Source of the DNA: Promethearchaeota archaeon
Lineage (GTDB): Archaea; Asgardarchaeota; Lokiarchaeia; Sigyniarchaeales; SOKP01
Direction: 5' to 3'
Assembly (NCBI GenBank): GCA_019058365.1
Contig: JAHPZE010000018.1
Span: forward strand, 1 to 64,000
Length of the DNA: 64,000 nucleotides
In this document: piece by piece, positions 10,922-21,062 of the stretch
Layout: each line of letters begins with the position of its first letter
How positions within the stretch are numbered: position 1 is the stretch's first letter
Position numbers and translations under genes: made by a program
The notes under the pieces: model-generated
Database searches by the model: none
What the model was told of the DNA's origin: nothing
Seen by the model: the letters and a program-made list of their open reading frames with translations, nothing else

Positions 10922-11458
10922 TCACACTTTCCAGAGGAGATTAGAATAATCATTTTCAACCTTAAGTTGATCTAAAAGTACCGATACCCCTCCTCGATGA
11001 TGCGTTTCATGATTGAAAAGATGCATTAAAATACGCCATATAATATACTCTAATTTTCCTCTACGCCCTTCAACTACGATTTTTGCGGAGTATTCGGAGA
11101 CCGGAATTGATTCAACCACACGTTCCATTATACCATCGATTTCTGAACGAATATTTTTATATTTATCAAGAGTTGACCAGTAAAGCTTACCAGGGGGAAG
11201 GCGTTCGGTAGGAAAGCGCTCCAGAAGTTGCGGGATAAAATCGAGACTCGAGACATGGGTTCCCAATACTCTGAGCCATCCAATATCAGCCATTAAGTAG
11301 TGGTTCAAGAGTCCCATAATAGACTCATAATAGGATCCAACATTTTCATTCAATTTATCTGGTTCGACACCTTCTAAGATTTTCATCATGTCTAGGTTTG
11401 TGAGTTTATTATACTTAGCAAGTAATTCAAAAACAACTTTAATATCATCAGTCATCAA
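10922..11458 (-). CDS. DinB family protein
   Basis: YN..N, SI.G.LNH...AD..WL, HLFNHETHHRG. Confidence 0.9.
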   Translation of the reverse strand: MMTDDIKVVFELLAKYNKLTNLDMMKILEGVEPDKLNENVGSYYESIMGLLNHYLMADIGWLRVLGTHVSSLDFIPQLLERFPTERLPPGKLYWSTLDKYKNIRSEIDGIMERVVESIPVSEYSAKIVVEGRRGKLEYIIWRILMHLFNHETHHRGGVSVLLDQLKVENDYSNLLWKV

Positions 11459-11720
11459 TATTCACCTCTATTTGATTAAATTCTTTCATATTTTCCGGTT
11501 TTACACCTTTCATAATAACAATATTTTTGTTATGGGTAAGGTGATTATATTCTATTTAATTTTATGGTTTATTTTTTATTAAAAATTGAGAATACTTTAA
11601 AAATAAATATAAAAAAATCCAACCATCTAAATTTCACATTCTAGTAGACAGAACAAAATTGTTTACCTTTAACCAAGCTTATAGAGTTAGACTAATTAAT
11701 ATATCTAATTTCTTCTTTCT

Positions 11721-12107
11721 TTATTTCTCCTTCCTTAAGATTTTTGTAATTTTATACAACACATTCTTGCAATCAAAGAAAATTAGTCCCATTTTTGCAT
11801 TTTTTGTAGTTGAAACTGCCAATATGGCTTCCTCTGCCTTTAAAATCAATATATAACCATCAATTCCTTTAATATATATTTGTTTAAATACCCCTATTTC
11901 CATATCTGCAACAGCCATTTCGGATATAGAAATTATTGAAGCTACCATCGCAGCAATTTTCTGATTATTATATTTTCGGGGTAATATTGAAAAAATTGGG
12001 AATCCTTCTATTGAAGAAATTATCGCAAATTTTATATCTCTATTTTTATGTAATAAATCTTTCAACACAGCTTCTAGTTTCTCTGTTATATTATTTTCCT
12101 TAATCAT
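11721..12107 (-). CDS. Roadblock/LC7 domain protein
   Basis: AIISSIEGFPI, KIAAMVASIISISE, KQIYIKG.DGYI, AKMGLIFFD. Confidence 0.9.
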   Translation of the reverse strand: MIKENNITEKLEAVLKDLLHKNRDIKFAIISSIEGFPIFSILPRKYNNQKIAAMVASIISISEMAVADMEIGVFKQIYIKGIDGYILILKAEEAILAVSTTKNAKMGLIFFDCKNVLYKITKILRKEK

Positions 12108-12355
12108 AGGTTTAATACTTTTTTTTTAAATAGAGATCAAGAATGATACAAATTTACTCAATTGTATCTTAGAAACTTTTGTCATATTCTTCTTTTATAT
12201 CTTTCTTAATCTTATTAATTACTTACTAATAATTTGATGATATTATTGACTTTAGTCTTTTTCTTACATTTAGAAATTATAACACAAATAATTAAAAGAT
12301 TTGATGGGATTTATGGAATTTAAATGGATATATTAATTTGAACAGTGATTAGTTA

Positions 12356-13156
12356 ATGGTTAACCAAAATAATTTTATGAATTGGGATAATCCGGGTGTA
12401 GCATTGATAACTGGAGCCTCTTCAGGAATAGGTGCCGAATTTGCTAGACAATTAGCAAGTCAAGGATTTGATTTAATTCTAATAGCTAGAAGAAAAGAGA
12501 AATTAGAAGAATTAAGTAAAAAATTGAATAAGAAATATTCCATAACTGCTAATGTTTTAGTCGCAGACTTGTCAAAATTATCTGAAAATGAAAAAATAGT
12601 TGCTAAAATAATAGAATTAAATAATTTAGATATTTTAGTTAATAATGCGGGATTTGGTATTTTTAATTCTTTTCTACAAATAGAAAGAAGACAATATGTT
12701 GATATGATTAATCTACACTTCACTTGCCCAGTTACTTTTTGTCACGCTGCTATACCTGGAATGATAAAACGAAAAAGAGGTGTTATAATCAATACTTCAT
12801 CAATGTCAGCGATTACTAGAGATAACTCATTAATTATGTATACCACCACCAAATCTGCAATTTCTATTTTTTCTGAATTATTAAATAAGCAATTTAAAGG
12901 AAAAGGGATTTATATTCAAGCGCTCCATCCAGGTTTTACATACTCAGAATTTCATGATACAGCAACGATGAAGAGTTTCCACAGAGATTGGTTTCCTGAT
13001 GAAAGATGGATGGATGCTGAAAAAGTAGTATCACTATCTTTAGCTACGGTTAAAACAAATAAAGTAATTTTTATTCCTGGAGAAATAAATCAAGCATTAG
13101 CTAAACAAGACCGAATAAAAAAAGAGAAAAAATACCTTAATTATGACATTTTTTAA
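12356..13156 (+). CDS. Short-chain dehydrogenase/reductase (SDR)
   Basis: TGASSGIG, NNAGFG, catalytic S and YTTTK (YxxxK), HPGFT. Confidence 0.95.
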   Translation: MVNQNNFMNWDNPGVALITGASSGIGAEFARQLASQGFDLILIARRKEKLEELSKKLNKKYSITANVLVADLSKLSENEKIVAKIIELNNLDILVNNAGFGIFNSFLQIERRQYVDMINLHFTCPVTFCHAAIPGMIKRKRGVIINTSSMSAITRDNSLIMYTTTKSAISIFSELLNKQFKGKGIYIQALHPGFTYSEFHDTATMKSFHRDWFPDERWMDAEKVVSLSLATVKTNKVIFIPGEINQALAKQDRIKKEKKYLNYDIF

Positions 13157-13245
13157 GTTAAGTGCAATACCAATTAAATAGCTTCTAAAACAAATGAATC
13201 CTATGATGAACTAGCAAAAAAACTAAGAAATTAATTTCCGAATCC

Positions 13246-14088
13246 TCAGGACATATATCTCTGGAGAAAATTCCAGATGACTTTATTTGTTTCTTCGGGA
13301 GCTTCTATATTAAAAGCATGGCTTGTTTTTGGAATCGTTTCTAATATCGAATTAGGAATTTGCTCATGTATAGTGTCTACCTCTCCAGGGATTGCCATCT
13401 TATCTCTTGCTCCTAAAAGGATTAGTGTTGGCTGATCAATGTCTCTCAGTAAATCCTGTATATCAAAATCTTTTAATGCTTCATTTTGATTGATATAATC
13501 CTTGTATTCCGGAGGATCTATGATTTGAGCACAAAAATTCATATCATTGCTAATTAAATTATATAATTCTTTATCTTCCTCTAGTCTTTTCTTAAAACCT
13601 CTTGAATACATAATCGGTAAAAAAAACTCTACTCTTTCTTTCAATTCTAAGTCCCTAAGAGTTTTAAAAAGTATCAAATTTTGCTCATATGTTTTTGGAG
13701 TGTAGTAAGCTGATGGAGCACATAGAACAAGAGTCTTTATGAGTTGCGGATAATTCAAGACAAACTTCTCAGATATCATTGCTCCCATACTTGAACCACA
13801 TAGATGAACTCCCTCATTTATACCAAGATGATTAAGCAAGTTTTTAAGGTCCTCTATCATCATTTCCATGCTGTATGGATAATCTGGTCGAGAACTTTTC
13901 CCCGTGCCCCTAATATCATATGCAATCACCCTCATTTTTTCTTTAAAATAATCAATTTGATAATTCCACGATTGCAATTTTGTAAACGTTCCACAGACAA
14001 AAACTAATGGCTCTCCACTCCCCACATCTATATAATTAATATCAATATCATTATAGGTAAAAATAGGCATGCTTTTTATCACATTCAA
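13246..14088 (-). CDS. Alpha/beta-fold hydrolase
   Basis: YDIRGTGKS, GSSMGA nucleophile elbow, LGARD, SHAFNIE. Confidence 0.92.
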   Translation of the reverse strand: MNVIKSMPIFTYNDIDINYIDVGSGEPLVFVCGTFTKLQSWNYQIDYFKEKMRVIAYDIRGTGKSSRPDYPYSMEMMIEDLKNLLNHLGINEGVHLCGSSMGAMISEKFVLNYPQLIKTLVLCAPSAYYTPKTYEQNLILFKTLRDLELKERVEFFLPIMYSRGFKKRLEEDKELYNLISNDMNFCAQIIDPPEYKDYINQNEALKDFDIQDLLRDIDQPTLILLGARDKMAIPGEVDTIHEQIPNSILETIPKTSHAFNIEAPEETNKVIWNFLQRYMS

Positions 14089-14117
14089 TTTGTCTAATAT
14101 TTGATGATAATGATTTA

Positions 14118-15023
14118 CTATCCTAACGTTATTTTAAGTCGATTAAGCATTGTTATTATAAATTGAGACGTTTCTTCATGTATATACATAGTATCTCTCA
14201 CATAATTTTGAAGTAACTCTTTCAATTCTAAATAATAAAGTTCTTTATCAAGAGCTTGGGGATCTTCCTTAATACTTACCTCGTTTAAATGAAGAGACGC
14301 CATTTCTTGAAAAATTAATTCCATAATTAATTCAATATAGGTTTTTTGTAAAAGTTTTTCGTCATTCTCATTCAATTCGTAATATTGACTCACTGCTTTT
14401 TCTCGAATTCTAATTAGGTCTATTATATCCTCTTTTATTTCATATAGTATGTATAATGCGTCAATCTTCGAGATTAGGGTGTCTAAACCAACTGAAATAT
14501 CCAAGGAAGCAATATATCTCTCAATATAAGATAAAAATCTTATTAAAAACTTAAATGAATCAATCTGAGAATCAATTTTCCACGTTTTATACAAAAATCC
14601 CCAGTCTGGCAGAACTAAATCATCTAAAGCTTTTAATATCTTTTTTTTTAATCGTCCTATTAGATCCACGTTATAATAGTGAGCTTCCCTATAGGGTTTA
14701 TCAAGATTATAGAATTTATATTCATAGCGTTTTCCATTTTCTTTGAATTCTCGCAAATGAAAGATGGTTTTAGATTCTTGGTCTAAAGGTTCCTTTTTCC
14801 CTAACTCAGCAGCAAATTTTATAATATATTTACACTCAGGACAAGTTGTGACCCAAGATCGACTAACTATATTCTGAGGTTGAAACCCTCCATTTATTTT
14901 CTTATATTTAAATTTATTAACTATATGAACTGGAGCACTTATTTCATATTTCAATTTCTCGAGATGAAAAAATCTTGGAATGAACTCAAAACTACATAAT
15001 GGACACTTAATTTTCTTCTTCAT
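14118..15023 (-). CDS. Zn-finger + degenerate HEPN-like helical protein (paralogue of 22973-23896)
   Basis: KIKCPLC..EFIP, WVTTCPEC..IKFAAE, IDSFKF; REKAVS where the paralogue has RNKMIH. Confidence 0.65.
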   Translation of the reverse strand: MKKKIKCPLCSFEFIPRFFHLEKLKYEISAPVHIVNKFKYKKINGGFQPQNIVSRSWVTTCPECKYIIKFAAELGKKEPLDQESKTIFHLREFKENGKRYEYKFYNLDKPYREAHYYNVDLIGRLKKKILKALDDLVLPDWGFLYKTWKIDSQIDSFKFLIRFLSYIERYIASLDISVGLDTLISKIDALYILYEIKEDIIDLIRIREKAVSQYYELNENDEKLLQKTYIELIMELIFQEMASLHLNEVSIKEDPQALDKELYYLELKELLQNYVRDTMYIHEETSQFIITMLNRLKITLG

Positions 15024-15212
15024 TCTACTCGTTTAAAGTATTTTTAATTCTTTTAACGCGTTTTCACTCTATATAATTTTAATTGAACATCTCTTTTAAA
15101 AATTGAATAATAATTTAGTAATAATTTCTTTGGATCTCTAAAATTGAGAAAAAAACTAAACTAAACTAAAAAAAAAATTTTAGCGGTTTGAATTATTCCA
15201 CTAGAGGTGCGA

Positions 15213-15464
15213 CTATTCAGGCATTTTTATACCAATCATATCCAAAGCTTCTGGTACTTTAAATCGAACATCCATCTGGTACCTATATCCTTACACATCA
15301 TGATAATTTATCAAGGTTTTTTGCTCTATGGCTAAAAATTCTTCCAATTTTCCTTCTTTTATACCCCAGACGCCGATTACCTCTATGCCCGCTGTAGTCG
15401 CTTTTATCGCATTTGGTATTATCTCTTTTCCCTTGTCTCTTAATTGGGACCGAAAATCCTTAAG
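15213..15464 (-). pseudogene. 3' three-quarters of a small ~108-aa Lokiarchaeia-type gene; direct repeat of about 18739-18990
   Basis: Reads LKDFRSQLRDKGKEIIPNAIKATTAGIEVIGVWGIKEEKLEEFLAIEQKTLINYHDV*GYRYQMDVRFKVPEALDMIGIKMPE*; 5' part missing, one internal TAA. Confidence 0.85.
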
Positions 15465-15730
15465 TATTTAATCCTTAATTCTTTATTTGGACTGAAATTG
15501 TCAATAATTTAATAAAATCTTTACTGAATTACTTGACATAATTCTTAGAATATTATTACTGTTATTAGATTCTTAAATTCTTGAATTAAAGAATTAAAGA
15601 ATAAAGGATTTTAAATAATTTAATTTCGAACTTGTTATAACCAAAAGACCCAATTAACTTATCTATTATATTAGGCTATTTAGTTGTTCCTCATAATTCT
15701 AATATAATTATATGATTTTAGGGTGAAATT

Positions 15731-16768
15731 ATGACAAATAAGAATATTCTTCAAGGTCCTCCTTACGACTTAAGTCAAATTCATGAAGAAGAAATACTAT
15801 TTGCTATTATAAGTAATTTTCCGGCAAACTTGTATTTTTTTATTTGGAGATGTTGCGAAGAAAAGGACGACTTAAGGTTTACATTTACTCTTCCTGTATA
15901 CTACGATTCAAAGTTTCAAAAGCAAACGGTTAATCATTTATCTAGATTAGGATTAGTGAATCCAATCAATTGGGATGGACCACATGTAGGTATTGAAAAG
16001 TTAGTTGCCTCTGATATAAGAATAAGCAAAAAAGGTAAGGAGATATTTCAAAACTGGTTAGAAGTGGGTTTAGTAGAAATTATAATCCATTTACCTCACA
16101 ATATTCGGCGGAATGTTAGAAATTTCAACAATTATTTCTATCATAATTTTAGATTTTCTCAGACACTAGAAAAAGGAAAATTTCAATTATCTGAAGATAA
16201 ACTCTTAGATGACATGAAATTCTATTCATTAGATGGTCCTAAAGAGCACTATATTAAAATTGTGGTTGAGTACAAACAGATGATAATTAGAAACGCATTA
16301 AGGAAAAAACTAAAAAATATGAGTGTACTGATTTCTTGCGGATTTTGTCAAAATGATTTTGTTATCGTAATAAAACCTAAAACATTCAATAAATATAAAA
16401 CTTATAAGAAATTATTTAAAATCGGTTGTCCAAATTGTAGGTATCCCCAACAATATAGAACGAGATTCTTTTTGGATTTTTATAATAAAAAATTTGAAAT
16501 TGAAAGGTTTTTAGCAAATCATGATAAAGAATTACTCTATAATGAAAAATTTAAAATAAAAAACGAAATCATCCGTAGATTTAAAATTTTTACTTCTAAT
16601 AATATTTTTAATACTATCGAGAAGCAGATGGTTATAAGAAACTTTGAAGAAGAATTGGATGAAAAATGGGACGAGCTAAAGGTTCATTCTATCCTATTTA
16701 ATGAATTTCTAAAGTTAATAGAAGAATTTTATCTGCAAAAAAAGAATGGAATCAAATCTAAGCTATAA
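15731..16768 (+). CDS. Hypothetical protein with CxxC...CxxC Zn-binding motif
   Basis: 345 aa; CGFC and CPNC; GGTGA upstream. Confidence 0.65.
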   Translation: MTNKNILQGPPYDLSQIHEEEILFAIISNFPANLYFFIWRCCEEKDDLRFTFTLPVYYDSKFQKQTVNHLSRLGLVNPINWDGPHVGIEKLVASDIRISKKGKEIFQNWLEVGLVEIIIHLPHNIRRNVRNFNNYFYHNFRFSQTLEKGKFQLSEDKLLDDMKFYSLDGPKEHYIKIVVEYKQMIIRNALRKKLKNMSVLISCGFCQNDFVIVIKPKTFNKYKTYKKLFKIGCPNCRYPQQYRTRFFLDFYNKKFEIERFLANHDKELLYNEKFKIKNEIIRRFKIFTSNNIFNTIEKQMVIRNFEEELDEKWDELKVHSILFNEFLKLIEEFYLQKKNGIKSKL

Positions 16769-16808
16769 TATGTATTTATATCAAATTTAACCATTCCTCA
16801 AGTCATAA

Positions 16809-17942
16809 TTATGAACGAAATACTAATGCTTTGAATTTATTATCAATAAAATCATGGATTTCGGCACCTAATCCCAATATTTTCCATTTGACTAATTTTT
16901 GAAGATTTGTATCTGTTAAAAAAATTATATATTTATTGCTGTCCAAGTGATATTGGCATCTCTGTAACATTAACTTTTCATTTTTAATATTTCTACAAGT
17001 AAGGATTCCGAAATTACTAACTTTTTTGTTTAATCTTGAAGCTAATTGATCAACCTCACGATTTCCTGGATCAAGAGTAAAATTCTTGGCTTCCAAAACA
17101 ATATAATTGCATGAAATTCCTTTATATTTCTCTGGTAGATGTCTGAAAAATCCATTCTGAGCAATATTCGTATATACTGTATCAATATAACATCTTCCAT
17201 TATATACTTCTCTTTCAAATTCCATATTGCTAAATGTGTCTTTAAAAATGTAAGAGATAATATAAGAAATTAATTTATGGTATTTGTGAGCATTTTTAAT
17301 ACCTGTATTAATATTTGACAGAAAGCTAATATCCAAAACTACTTTATAAAGAATTTTGTTTAAATAAAGAAGATTCCATATATTTTCTTTTTCTAAATCA
17401 TTAAATACACCTGGTTTCCATTTTTCCAATTCATTGAATATTTCTTTTTTTAAAATAAAACCCTGTTTTACTAAAAAAAGCATTGATGTTGCTAATTCTA
17501 TTCTATAGTCATCTTTCAACTCGATATTGATTATTTCTTCCATTTTAAAAATTACTTTACCTTCTTCAGCACTTAGTTTTAAGTCTATACCCCTTTTTTG
17601 AAAATAATATTCTATTTTTTTCTTATTTGCTATAATAATATCTTCACCCTCAAAGTGCACAAAACCTTCTTCTTTTAGAAAATTCATATCAAATGCTAGC
17701 TCAGTACTATGAGGCCCCCATTCTTTTCTTAGGTAACGATAAGAAAGATGATTTATCCCTGAAAAATCGGACAAATATTGAAGTAAAAACAAAATTTTTT
17801 GATATATAAATTTTCCTTTAAGACTTTTAATTTTATTTCCTTTAACTATTATCAAACGGTTGTTTCTACTTTTCAAATTATTACCATTAATTTTTTCTAG
17901 ATAATATAATATCTTCATCAGTATTATCAGTCTAAGTTTCAT
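16809..17942 (-). CDS. YwgA/SocA(DUF4065)-like N-terminal domain fused to a PD-(D/E)xK restriction-endonuclease-like domain
   Basis: N-term QKILFLLQY..Y...WGPHSTEL..D, IELATSMLFL; C-term YIDTVYTN..F..LEAKNF..DPGNREVDQLASRL...FGILTCR. Confidence 0.65.
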   Translation of the reverse strand: MKLRLIILMKILYYLEKINGNNLKSRNNRLIIVKGNKIKSLKGKFIYQKILFLLQYLSDFSGINHLSYRYLRKEWGPHSTELAFDMNFLKEEGFVHFEGEDIIIANKKKIEYYFQKRGIDLKLSAEEGKVIFKMEEIINIELKDDYRIELATSMLFLVKQGFILKKEIFNELEKWKPGVFNDLEKENIWNLLYLNKILYKVVLDISFLSNINTGIKNAHKYHKLISYIISYIFKDTFSNMEFEREVYNGRCYIDTVYTNIAQNGFFRHLPEKYKGISCNYIVLEAKNFTLDPGNREVDQLASRLNKKVSNFGILTCRNIKNEKLMLQRCQYHLDSNKYIIFLTDTNLQKLVKWKILGLGAEIHDFIDNKFKALVFRS

Positions 17943-18176
17943 ATTTTCACCATTGTAAAAATTTAGTTAAAACTATTATTAATTTATGTTTCTAAACCCT
18001 TATATTTAAAGTAAACCAATATTTAGATCATTAGAATAATAGATTTAAAAAAAACAAGCATTAAATATATCACTTTGCAGTTATCTAACTAAATTTTATA
18101 GCTTGATTTTTTTCAAGCAGTATAATACTAAATTAATCATTTTTTCCTTTAAATGCCGATGATTAAAGTATGATTT

Positions 18177-18521
18177 ATGAAATTTAAAAAAATACAAGAT
18201 ATCGCAAAACTAATCAGATATGTCTGCGATAAAAACTTCATTTCAGCATATGAGATCCATAGAAACATTAAATCGTACTCATACTTTGGTGTTTTAGATA
18301 ATTTCAAGAAATGGGTGAATTTAGGAATCTTAGAATCCCAAATTATAATCGACCGAAGAAATTTTGTTAAGCAGAAATTCAGAATCAATAAAAAAGGTAT
18401 AAAAATGGTATATAAAATAACTCTTATACTACTGGAAGCATTAATGAAAAGAATTGAAATCATGCCTTTAAATGTTCGACGAACATGGTTAAAAAATCTT
18501 TTGAGTGTTTTTAACAATTAG
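18177..18521 (+). CDS. Small winged-helix-like protein
   Basis: 114 aa; SAYEI...SY..V...FKKW..LGILES..........FRINKKG resembles the PadR/MarR wing. Confidence 0.5.
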   Translation: MKFKKIQDIAKLIRYVCDKNFISAYEIHRNIKSYSYFGVLDNFKKWVNLGILESQIIIDRRNFVKQKFRINKKGIKMVYKITLILLEALMKRIEIMPLNVRRTWLKNLLSVFNN

Positions 18522-18738
18522 TAAGTTATTGTGAATATAATATTCTAGATTTCTCTGGATGGCACGGAGGAGGTTGGAAAATATGTTATTGCTTAGATTC
18601 AGGTAGTTCCATTGGTTCACGATCTATTTCTTTTAGCTCCCCCATAAGAACTACTTCGGTTCATTCGGAAGATCATCAGAGATTATAATTAAAAAAAAAA
18701 TAAGTTTTGAAGTTTAAATTATTCAAGTAATTATCAGA

Positions 18739-19065
18739 CTATTCAGGCATCTTTATACCAATCATGTCTAAGGCTTCTGGCACTTTAAATCAAACATCCA
18801 TCTGGTACCTATATCCTTCAACATCATGATAATTTGTCAATGTTTTTTGTTCTATAGCTAAAAATTCTTCTAATTTTCCTTCTTTTATGTCCCAGACACC
18901 GATGACTTCTATACCCACCGTAGTCGCTTATATCGCATTTGGTATTATCTCTTTTCCCTTGTCTCTTAATTGGGACCGAAGATCCTTAAGAGTTTTAACA
19001 TATATCTCCGCCAATTTCTTTGATGCATGAGGCGGAAATATCGATGTAACAAACACATATGGCAC
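18739..19065 (-). pseudogene. Full-length 108-codon small Lokiarchaeia-type gene with two nonsense codons
   Basis: GGTGAT SD + GTG; MPYVFVTSIFPPHASKKLAEIYVKTLKDLRSQLRDKGKEIIPNAI*ATTVGIEVIGVWDIKEGKLEEFLAIEQKTLTNYHDVEGYRYQMDV*FKVPEALDMIGIKMPE*; stops replace AAA and CGA of the other copy. Confidence 0.85.
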
Positions 19066-19241
19066 ATGGATCACCCTTTTTTGATTCTACATAAAACCGA
19101 AGTTTATGCAATCTTCGAATTACTTTGGTGCTATATAAACCTTCACCTTTTTGTCATAGACAATTTGATTACGGTTTGTCGGCTTATGTAGATATTAATA
19201 AAGAGAGTATTGAAGATATCTATCAAAAAAATGGATTGATT

Positions 19242-20477
19242 TCAATTATCTACAGCCCTTAAAAGATTTATCAGATCATTATAACTAAAGATAACTATCC
19301 TATCACTATAAACTCGTAAGGTTAGATCAATATCTTCTCTTTTAAAATTATCATAATTCCCAACAATTCCTATTAATAATGGATTTTTTACTTTCACTTT
19401 ATATTGTTCATACACCCATTGAGTATTTACTCTGTTATCAAAATAACGATCATAAGTATTGAGTTGTCCAATTAATTCACTAACATACTTATTAAATCTA
19501 GGTCTTTTTTTTCCGCCAATAACTAGATTTTCATAATGTAAAGCTGATCTCTTTAAATCCAGAATATCAAAATAACCATCATCTCTCTCCATTAAATAAT
19601 CGGGAATACTTTCATCTGGATCATCAGAGTATTGCTTCTCAATCCATTTTAGATTTTTCTGGCTTAGGCATTTCTTATATCCTAATGCTTTACTGAAGAA
19701 ATTAGCATGATTTTGAATAAAACTATCTAAAAGAGGTTCAGTAACGTTTTGATCAGTCAAGCTTAATAACTGTTTTGCAAATAAATCAACAGAAGAAGAG
19801 TGACCAATATTTAAACCAAAGATGTCTAGACTTGGAGGTGAATAATATTTCTCACAAACTGATTGGAGCCAATGACGTAGATTTTTCTCTGTTATTGATT
19901 TCTTAACTATTATTGCTGTTGAAATATACTTAAAATAAATTCGAAAGAGATCAGTTCGTATGAAATTTAGCTTTCTGAAATATGCAGATTGAATATCAGG
20001 AAGTATATTTATAATATTATCAACACTTTCACCTATTAATATTGTTCTTGAAAGAGGGAAGTTTACCTTTTTTGAAAAAAGTTCCTCATCAAAATCAGTA
20101 CAAATAGTTAGTGTTGATAATCCAAAATTCTTTGCCTTTTTAACATCAAATACAGGTTTTTTTTTTTCTTCAATCTTAATCCCAGGATTTATAAAATATA
20201 TTGTATTATCAAATTTTTCTCTAGAATCTCTCAAATCTAAATTTATTTCGTCTTCATTTTTGATCTCTGTAGCCCCTAGAAGTTCTGCCATAAAATGATG
20301 AGGACTTTCACCAACTCTAATAAAGTTTGGAAAGGAATAATTTCCTTTAATTAAAATTTCTTTGTTCTTAATCTTTAAATATATCTTCACAAGATATTCA
20401 TTAAAGAAATCCTGAATAATTTTTCCAAATAATTTATAGTCCATGTGATTTTTTGATCTCTTTAAAATATGTTTCAA
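19242..20477 (-). CDS. Shedu/SduA-like nuclease (C-terminal DUF4263-like domain, unknown N-terminal domain); probable start near 20444
   Basis: E..L..FIQNH..F, IPDYLMER.DGY.DILDLKRS, R.RF...V.ELIGQL..YDRYF, IIGIVG, IFSYNDL. Confidence 0.75.
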   Translation of the reverse strand: MKHILKRSKNHMDYKLFGKIIQDFFNEYLVKIYLKIKNKEILIKGNYSFPNFIRVGESPHHFMAELLGATEIKNEDEINLDLRDSREKFDNTIYFINPGIKIEEKKKPVFDVKKAKNFGLSTLTICTDFDEELFSKKVNFPLSRTILIGESVDNIINILPDIQSAYFRKLNFIRTDLFRIYFKYISTAIIVKKSITEKNLRHWLQSVCEKYYSPPSLDIFGLNIGHSSSVDLFAKQLLSLTDQNVTEPLLDSFIQNHANFFSKALGYKKCLSQKNLKWIEKQYSDDPDESIPDYLMERDDGYFDILDLKRSALHYENLVIGGKKRPRFNKYVSELIGQLNTYDRYFDNRVNTQWVYEQYKVKVKNPLLIGIVGNYDNFKREDIDLTLRVYSDRIVIFSYNDLINLLRAVDN

Positions 20478-21000
20478 ATAATTTGTATAATTTGTTAAAG
20501 AATGGTTTCGCTTCTTCTGCTTTTATCCTATCCACTTTCAGATGCTCATGAACGATTTGATTCCTAATTATTCTCCACTCATTCAACTCTCCTAATATAC
20601 CTGAAAAAATATTCAAATTCTCTTCTATCTCTTTTATGATTTCACTTAGATTTATCTGATCATCAAATTTAATTTCTTTATTTAATATGTCTTGATAAAA
20701 GGATCTATAGAAGATTTCTGCTCCTTTATATTTGAGCATGATAAAGTCACTGTAACGTCCATCATCAAAAGCTCTTTGAGCATCCCTATTAACTTCATAA
20801 ATTGTAGCCATAAAAGGTGGCAGATTCTGGGTTCCTATTTTAACACCATCAATGATTTTATTGAATATTTCTGAAACCCCTTGTACTATCTCTGATGGAC
20901 TTATTTTTGTGCCACCTTTATCTAGGGGTGGTATGACTTTAGATATATTCCGAAAAAATCCAAAAACCTTATTGATTACCTCCTCTTCTTTTGAGTTCAT
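20434..21000 (-). CDS. HEPN-domain protein (putative RNase)
   Basis: All-helical; AQRAFDDGRY...I..Y...E and WRIIRNQIVH (RxxxxH). Confidence 0.7.
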   Translation of the reverse strand: MNSKEEEVINKVFGFFRNISKVIPPLDKGGTKISPSEIVQGVSEIFNKIIDGVKIGTQNLPPFMATIYEVNRDAQRAFDDGRYSDFIMLKYKGAEIFYRSFYQDILNKEIKFDDQINLSEIIKEIEENLNIFSGILGELNEWRIIRNQIVHEHLKVDRIKAEEAKPFFNKLYKLFETYFKEIKKSHGL

Positions 21001-21062
21001 ATTTCTCCCTCAATTAATAAATAATATCAAATTGAAACTTAAGAAATTTATTAATTACTCTA

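Noticed and set aside
18545-18690. Relatively GC-rich intergenic patch (possible ncRNA or tRNA)
   Set aside because: No cloverleaf or stable stems found; more likely a decayed coding fragment.
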